Positions 14,699-20,000 of a stretch of 20,000 nucleotides of DNA are shown one piece after another. The notes under the pieces were generated by a model that was not told the DNA's origin, ran no database searches, and worked only from the letters and a program-made list of their open reading frames with translations. Source of the stretch: an uncultured virus (IMG/VR IMGVR_UViG_2648501161_000005) (taxonomy: Duplodnaviria; Heunggongvirae; Uroviricota; Caudoviricetes); IMG/VR virus record IMGVR_UViG_2648501161_000005, positions 55,689 through 75,688 of that record. One strand, written 5' to 3'. The position numbers were made by a program, and so were the translations under genes. Position 1 is the stretch's first letter, and each line of letters begins with the position of its first letter.

Positions 14699-15379
14699 AT
14701 GAAAGCAATTATTTTAGATACGGAAACCAACAAATTAAATGGTTATCCAATTGAAATCGCTTATGCGCCTTTTAGCTTAGAGAATGGTCAATTGTTAGTT
14801 CATAAAGATGAAGTTTTTAACCGTTTCTATTCTTGTCCTGAACCGATTGATTTAGAAGCAATGGCTGTACACAACATCATTGAAGCGGATATTGAAGGTC
14901 AACCAAGTTGCGAATCGTTCCGGTTACCTGAAGGGGTTGAATTCATTGTCGGTCACAATATTGATTACGACATCAAAGCTCTAAATAAATGTGGACCAGC
15001 AATTAAGGCAAAGACTATTTGTACTTTAGCTTTAGCAAGGGACGTATGGCCTGATTTAACAAGTCATAAATTGGCTGTTCTGTACTATTTCGTAATGAGT
15101 AACCGTGAAGAAGCACGTAAGCATTTAAGACATGCACATTCAGCACGGGCGGATGTTTATTTTACTGGGATTATCCTAATAGCTCTTATTGAACGACTGG
15201 GAATTAAAGATTTGAACTCCTTATTTCTCATGTCTGAAGCTGTACGTTTACCCAAAATAATGACATGGGGTAAACACAAAGGAACGCCTCTTAAAGAATT
15301 ACCGCGCCCATATATCTCATGGCTCCTGAATAAAGAAGACCTTGACCCACATTTGCGTAAAGCGCTTCAAAATATTTAA
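14699..15379 (+). CDS. DEDDh 3'-5' exonuclease, ExoX-like, with a C-terminal DUF3820-like module
   Basis: ILDTET, GHNIDYD and AHSARADV motifs; C-terminal MTWGKHKG...YISWLL. Confidence 0.9.
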   Translation: MKAIILDTETNKLNGYPIEIAYAPFSLENGQLLVHKDEVFNRFYSCPEPIDLEAMAVHNIIEADIEGQPSCESFRLPEGVEFIVGHNIDYDIKALNKCGPAIKAKTICTLALARDVWPDLTSHKLAVLYYFVMSNREEARKHLRHAHSARADVYFTGIILIALIERLGIKDLNSLFLMSEAVRLPKIMTWGKHKGTPLKELPRPYISWLLNKEDLDPHLRKALQNI

Positions 15380-15391
15380 AGGTTAGCAACT

Positions 15392-16420
15392 ATGAAACCT
15401 ACTCTATTTACGCCTGAAACATGGGCGGAGTTTACCCAACAACTCAAAAATTCTTGGGAAAAAGATAACGCTGGTACTGATTCACCAATTTTTGTTGTTC
15501 AAGAAAAAAAGATTGTTTGGGGTTTAGATCCGGCTAGTGATTCTGTAGAAATCACTAATATTGTAGATGCCGATGATGAATCAACATATAAATCAATTGA
15601 TGATTTTTTTGAATCTCTTAAAGCTACAGATAAGCATGCTTTAAATGGTTTAGCAATTGAAGAGGAAGATGAACTTTTCCTCGATGTAAAAGCTTCTACT
15701 CAAATAAACATTTTATCTGATTGGAATGAACGCAATATTCATATCTGCCATGGTAAATATTTTTGGGAAGATGTTAATTGCCATCTAACTCGTTCAGCTG
15801 CAGATGCATTTATTAAACGTAAATCGCATGATTTCGGTGAGTTGCGGGTATTTGTTAAGTCACTTTATTGGTGTGAGGAGTTTAAGAATTTACTTAACGC
15901 TATTATTAGCGGTGAAGTAGGTTTGACAAGTATAGATGACGACAACATCTTAAACGTTTTGGGACCAATTGAACCCAAAGCAGATAAAGAAATTAACTCA
16001 ACTCAAGCAAAAAAATCTGCGAAGAAGGCCAATAACAAAGAGGAAAATTGGACTCGTTACCATAATGACAAACCTGTTGAGTCTCCGTTAGCTGGCCTTA
16101 TTGAAAAACTAAAGAAAACTAAAACTGCAGATGCAGCTAATAGTCTCATTGAGGAGACTAAAGACTGGGCTTCTGAAGATCAAAAATCTTTTTTAACTGA
16201 GTTAAATAAACACTTAGTCATCATTGCTGGTCAATCAAAAGAAAATATTTCAATTTCTGAACGAATCAAACGAGCTACAGACCTAACTACATTGGATGCG
16301 ATTGAAATTGATATTTCAGAAGCAGATGAACGTATTCAAGAACCCCTAATGGAGCTGGTTATAAAAAGAAGAAAAGAACTAGAAGTTGAAAATAACTTCT
16401 TATTGGAGTCACCACAATGA
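15392..16420 (+). CDS. Acidic multidomain phage protein of unknown function
   Basis: 342-aa ORF in the operon; globular N-domain, Lys-rich linker, helical C-terminus. Confidence 0.85.
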   Translation: MKPTLFTPETWAEFTQQLKNSWEKDNAGTDSPIFVVQEKKIVWGLDPASDSVEITNIVDADDESTYKSIDDFFESLKATDKHALNGLAIEEEDELFLDVKASTQINILSDWNERNIHICHGKYFWEDVNCHLTRSAADAFIKRKSHDFGELRVFVKSLYWCEEFKNLLNAIISGEVGLTSIDDDNILNVLGPIEPKADKEINSTQAKKSAKKANNKEENWTRYHNDKPVESPLAGLIEKLKKTKTADAANSLIEETKDWASEDQKSFLTELNKHLVIIAGQSKENISISERIKRATDLTTLDAIEIDISEADERIQEPLMELVIKRRKELEVENNFLLESPQ

Positions 16421-16557
16421 TCCAAATATACAACAGCAAAACCAGAACTTTTACTGTGATAGGTAAACGAACCCAAGTTTTCTTAAATGTTTCACTTAAT
16501 GAAACAGAAGCTTTGCTCTTCAAAGCGAAACTTAAAGATTCTATTTGGAGAATGTAA
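16417..16557 (+). CDS. 46-aa phage protein MIQIYNSKTRTFTVIGKRTQVFLNVSLNETEALLFKAKLKDSIWRM
   Basis: Below the track cutoff. GGAG SD, ATGA overlap, and its stop abuts the next ATG. Confidence 0.8.
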   Translation: MIQIYNSKTRTFTVIGKRTQVFLNVSLNETEALLFKAKLKDSIWRM

Positions 16558-16848
16558 ATGATGCGTAACATCCCAGACTCTTTGTCGCTTCCGTTCACAG
16601 TATGGATGTGTGAAAACGGATTTTATCCATCTCATAAAAATGGATTCATGGTTTTAAAACGTGGCAAAGAAGTAGCAAAGATATCAATGAATGAAACAAA
16701 ATACGGTTTCCCAATGAATGATATTTGCCAAAAGAAATTTGCCTCGTTCTGCAGAGCATGGATGAACAGAGATAAACACTTTATTGAACAATTACGTTTG
16801 CGTGGTTTAGCAAGATTAAATCAAAAAAGTTATCAGTTGGTGGCATAA
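16558..16848 (+). CDS. Phage hypothetical protein
   Basis: 96 aa; GGAG SD; tightly packed in the operon. Confidence 0.8.
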   Translation: MMRNIPDSLSLPFTVWMCENGFYPSHKNGFMVLKRGKEVAKISMNETKYGFPMNDICQKKFASFCRAWMNRDKHFIEQLRLRGLARLNQKSYQLVA

Positions 16849-17214
16849 ATGGAACAGGAATATAAAGGGAACATGAACTATCCCTTTCAAGACCATATTG
16901 TTCTAAATATGGAGGAAAATATTGTTAATTTTCCAAGCTCTAACCTACGTAAGTGCCAGCATATACAAGTCGAAATTGATAGCAAGGCTTTAGAACTTAT
17001 TTGTATGAAATGCAAGGCAAAAGTTAATCCCGTAATCTGGATTAAAGATACTTTGAAATATTGGTCAAGACAACAAACTCAGATAACAGAGCAAAAAAAG
17101 CAGATTAAAGAAGATCTTGATGAGCTCAAAAAGCGGGCTCGTACTAAGTGTCAACACTGCCAAAAAATGACTGCTATCAATCTGAAAAATTATAAATTTT
17201 CAATTATTGGATGA
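16849..17214 (+). CDS. Cys-rich coiled-coil phage protein
   Basis: CQH...CMKC, a coiled coil, then CQHC. Confidence 0.8.
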   Translation: MEQEYKGNMNYPFQDHIVLNMEENIVNFPSSNLRKCQHIQVEIDSKALELICMKCKAKVNPVIWIKDTLKYWSRQQTQITEQKKQIKEDLDELKKRARTKCQHCQKMTAINLKNYKFSIIG

Positions 17215-17507
17215 CCTATATGAAAGATGTTAATACAGAAATTACTCCGACTTTATGGTGCGTAAATATTCCTGAAGAACCTGAATCTAGCCCCATTTTA
17301 CATCCGGTACCTACTCAAAAAATTGGTAAACAGCTTGTTTACCGACTTAAGAAAGAAGCCTTACAAGCTTTTCCAACAGTCGGTCAATGCATTGCTGATG
17401 CTATTACTTTTGAGGAGTGGCAAGGAAGCAAAGAAGACCATGAAAAATATCTTCAAGACAACAAAAACTGGTGGTTAGAGACAACTTTTTTGGGTGAAGG
17501 CGGATGA
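17211..17507 (+). CDS. Phage hypothetical protein
   Basis: 98 aa; ATGA overlaps. Confidence 0.8.
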   Translation: MTYMKDVNTEITPTLWCVNIPEEPESSPILHPVPTQKIGKQLVYRLKKEALQAFPTVGQCIADAITFEEWQGSKEDHEKYLQDNKNWWLETTFLGEGG

Positions 17508-17890
17508 TAGATTTGAATAAGGAAAGAGTGGCATTTGAAGAAGCTTATTTGAGTGTTGGTGGTAAACAGCGTGAACTTGAATTTGAAGGCGGAGAGTATA
17601 CAAATTCAAAGTCACAGCTAGGTTGGGATTTATGGCAGATAAAAGCCAAAGTTCAGGAAGTAGCATTACCTGAAACACGAGCAGTAACTTTAACCTGCGC
17701 CGAACTGAAAGATGCCTTTGATTTTGGAGCCCCTGATGGTGAGAAAGATCAATTCCAGATGGAAACTGAAATGACCATCAAATGGCTCCAAGATGGTTAT
17801 GACGGTGAAGGATACTACTGTTGGTATGCTGATTTACCTGAGGAAGGTTGCATTAAGTTGGGTGTTAGCGAATCGGGAGCTGAGGGATGA
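17504..17890 (+). CDS. Acidic phage hypothetical protein
   Basis: 128 aa; ATGA overlaps. Confidence 0.8.
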   Translation: MIDLNKERVAFEEAYLSVGGKQRELEFEGGEYTNSKSQLGWDLWQIKAKVQEVALPETRAVTLTCAELKDAFDFGAPDGEKDQFQMETEMTIKWLQDGYDGEGYYCWYADLPEEGCIKLGVSESGAEG

Positions 17891-18462
17891 GTTTAACACC
17901 TGATGAGTTTCGGCAGATTGTTAATCCATTGGAACGCCCCACAAGAACTTGGCACTGTAGTTTTTCTTATCTTGAAACGTGGTTGCATTGTGAGAGTGAA
18001 GATATTCCGCATGGTGTAGAACTGGTACCCGATTTTCAACGTGGGCATGTGTGGACTAAAAAACAGCAAACAAATTATATAGAAAACGTCTTGAGGTTAA
18101 TTGTAGATGAAAGCGGATTAACAATTCGTTTCAACTGCCCTTCTTGGAGAAAAGAGAGAGCAAAAGATTGTGATCTTCTTGATCAAATGGTGTGTATTGA
18201 TGGCTTACAAAGATTAACTGCCATTAGAAGGTTTATTGCAGGTGAATTAAAGGTCTTTGGTCTTAAGTTTGATCAACTTCCTAAAAGGCAAATATTTAGA
18301 GATTTGCAGATTGTGGTGAAGATGTATGACTTTCAATACAAGGCAGATTTACTAAAGTTTTACTTAGATATTAATGGTGGCGGTATAGCTCACAGTAGAT
18401 CTGAATTAAAGAGAGTTAAGGCAATGTTAGAAGAAGTTAAAGCGGAAAGTAAGGAGGGGTAA
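17887..18462 (+). CDS. Standalone DUF262 (ParB/Srx-fold, GmrS-like) protein
   Basis: VPDFQRGHVWT, IDGLQRLT and FYLDINGGG match the DUF262 motifs (QR..VW, DGQQR, F..IN). Confidence 0.85.
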   Translation: MSLTPDEFRQIVNPLERPTRTWHCSFSYLETWLHCESEDIPHGVELVPDFQRGHVWTKKQQTNYIENVLRLIVDESGLTIRFNCPSWRKERAKDCDLLDQMVCIDGLQRLTAIRRFIAGELKVFGLKFDQLPKRQIFRDLQIVVKMYDFQYKADLLKFYLDINGGGIAHSRSELKRVKAMLEEVKAESKEG

Positions 18463-18732
18463 ATGTTAAAAGATCTGAGAAATCTATCTGATGCAGAGCA
18501 ACAAGAATATTTGGATCGCTTCATAATGGCTAATGAAGAACAGAAGTTTCCTCAAGAAGTTGTGGCACTTTATTTAGATTGCTCGCCTTGGACATTAGCT
18601 AGAATGCGTTGTGATCAATCATCACTGCCTTTCTCGAAAATTGGGAGACGTGTTTCATATAAAAAGAAAGACGTTTTGAAGTATGAGCAAAGCAAGACTG
18701 TGCTTAATACAGCACAGCTTGCAACAGTTTAA
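18463..18732 (+). CDS. xis: Excisionase-like winged-HTH protein
   Basis: VALYLDCSPWTLARMR...PFSKIGRRVSY pattern; adjacent to the integrase. Confidence 0.75.
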   Translation: MLKDLRNLSDAEQQEYLDRFIMANEEQKFPQEVVALYLDCSPWTLARMRCDQSSLPFSKIGRRVSYKKKDVLKYEQSKTVLNTAQLATV

Positions 18733-18750
18733 GGCGGTTAAACCGCCTTT
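18731..18750. terminator. Hairpin between convergent xis and int
   Basis: AAGGCGGT-TAA-ACCGCCTT overlapping both stop codons; T-rich tail on the + strand. Confidence 0.7.
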
Positions 18751-20000
18751 ATTTCTTTTAATCTTTCTGTCCAAACAGATTGGTAGTTGAAGCAATCAAT
18801 CTTTCCTTGATAAACCGCCTCAATCATATTCATCGAAGCTCTTAATTCCTCATCTGGAATTTGAACATAACCACCTGTCACATCAATTCTTGGTTTAGCC
18901 GTGTGATTAAGAAGTCTTTTTGTCACATAAATATTAAATCTTAAAAGGTTGCATATAGTGGCAAATGTACGACGGAAATCATGCATTGAAACGTAATAGT
19001 CAACTTCCTTACCCACTCTATTCAATAATGTATCTACCTTAGTTGCATGCATATTCCACGAAGTAGGCATCTTAGTAGCTGGGAAAACCCAATCGTTTTC
19101 TCTTAATAACCAACGTTCACGCAAAATACTGTGTAGATGATCACCAATAGGAAAAGTATGATCTGAACCATTTTTGGTATCTCTAAAAGTTAAGGTACCA
19201 TTTTTAATATCTACATCAGCCCACTTTAGACAACATGCCTCCTGTTTACGGCATCCCGTATACATGCACATCAATACGATATCCCGATGCGTGTTTGACC
19301 TAGCAGTATTTTCCAGATTCAACTCATCTTCATAATGAAGCACCGCATTGTAATATTTGTGAATGATGTCTTTATGGAGATGTCTATCCCTACTTGCTAT
19401 TTTATTCCAACCTCTTGTTACGGAAATAATGTCAACTGGATTACTTTTAAGGATCGGGTTCTCATCTGTTGAATAAAGAACATGAATATACTTCCATAAA
19501 GTACCTAAAAGAGATACAGCACCATTTGCTGACGACTCACTTACTTCTGATACCTCAATAAATCGATCCAATACTTCTTGCTTAGATATCTGGAAAAGCT
19601 TTTTGTTGCCCCACCCTAAATATAAATCAAAGTATTTATGGTATTGCCTAATTGTTTTCGGCCTAAAGTCATTTCTATCAATATAAATTTGAAGAGCTTC
19701 ATTCACTGTAATATCTAAAGGATTAGCAACATTCTTTAATTTGATAGGCTTTTCATATTCATTGTTTGAAATTTTCGCCAGAATCATCTGAGCTTTTGCT
19801 CGAGCATTTGTTGCAGGAATATCGGTGGTTTTACCAATTGTCACTCGATAGAGTTCACCTTCATGCCTCCTTTCAACAATATAGGTTTTACTTTTATTAG
19901 TTACCCGAACAGCAAAACCGATCAGTTCTGCATCTCTATATATTTTTTGACCTTTTTCAGTTAATGGAATAGCATCAACAGTAGATTTGTTGAGTTTCAT
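18738..20000 (-). CDS. int: Tyrosine integrase with N-terminal arm-binding domain
   Basis: Catalytic residues in TGCRKQE, DTKNG, HDFRRT, LLNH and GGYV; N-terminal YRDAELIGFAVRV arm-binding motif. Confidence 0.97.
   Translation of the reverse strand: MKLNKSTVDAIPLTEKGQKIYRDAELIGFAVRVTNKSKTYIVERRHEGELYRVTIGKTTDIPATNARAKAQMILAKISNNEYEKPIKLKNVANPLDITVNEALQIYIDRNDFRPKTIRQYHKYFDLYLGWGNKKLFQISKQEVLDRFIEVSEVSESSANGAVSLLGTLWKYIHVLYSTDENPILKSNPVDIISVTRGWNKIASRDRHLHKDIIHKYYNAVLHYEDELNLENTARSNTHRDIVLMCMYTGCRKQEACCLKWADVDIKNGTLTFRDTKNGSDHTFPIGDHLHSILRERWLLRENDWVFPATKMPTSWNMHATKVDTLLNRVGKEVDYYVSMHDFRRTFATICNLLRFNIYVTKRLLNHTAKPRIDVTGGYVQIPDEELRASMNMIEAVYQGKIDCFNYQSVWTERLKEIKAV

Larger units (their letters stand above)
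1..20000. mobile_element. Temperate lambdoid-type prophage: integration, early, immunity and replication modules. Extends beyond the window on the left; the att site is probably just beyond the right edge.
   Basis: Integrase, Xis-like HTH, divergent cI/cro with operators, rep plus DnaC-like loader, RusA, orphan MTases, and dense ATGA-overlapping small ORFs. Confidence 0.97.

Noticed and set aside
12662..17678. Minus-strand ORFs at 12662, 12992, 16359 and 17475
   Set aside because: Antisense to tightly coupled plus-strand genes; 16359-16598 is better explained by the 46-aa plus-strand gene at 16417-16557.
1..20000. tRNA, rRNA, IS element, retron or DGR
   Set aside because: No cloverleaf, transposase or reverse transcriptase motifs were seen by eye; tRNAscan-SE and Infernal would be needed to exclude RNA genes formally.

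Overview
The whole window is one arm of a temperate lambdoid-type prophage. The host is probably Acinetobacter, inferred from low GC and gene content, not proven. From right to left it holds: a tyrosine integrase convergent with an excisionase; a rightward early (pL-like) operon with YfdP/YfdQ(DUF2303)-like genes, an ExoX-like nuclease, a standalone DUF262 protein and many small genes; an immunity switch (cI with an S24 peptidase domain, cro, cII-like gene, five ATGCR-N4-YGCAT operators); a leftward operon with tandem orphan C5 and N4/N6 DNA methyltransferases, a replication initiator with internal repeats and a DnaC-like loader; an AT-rich ~1.6 kb accessory insert; then RusA, an XRE-HTH protein and the start of a possible small terminase. 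The least explained signals are non-coding or tiny. These are a 31-aa membrane peptide convergent with a candidate ~77-nt sRNA (type I toxin-antitoxin-like layout), a second related sRNA-like element on the other side of the moron gene, an OOP-like antisense RNA, and two 50-bp covarying hairpin repeats flanking a gene in the early operon. All functional calls come from reading motifs by eye; no searches were run.
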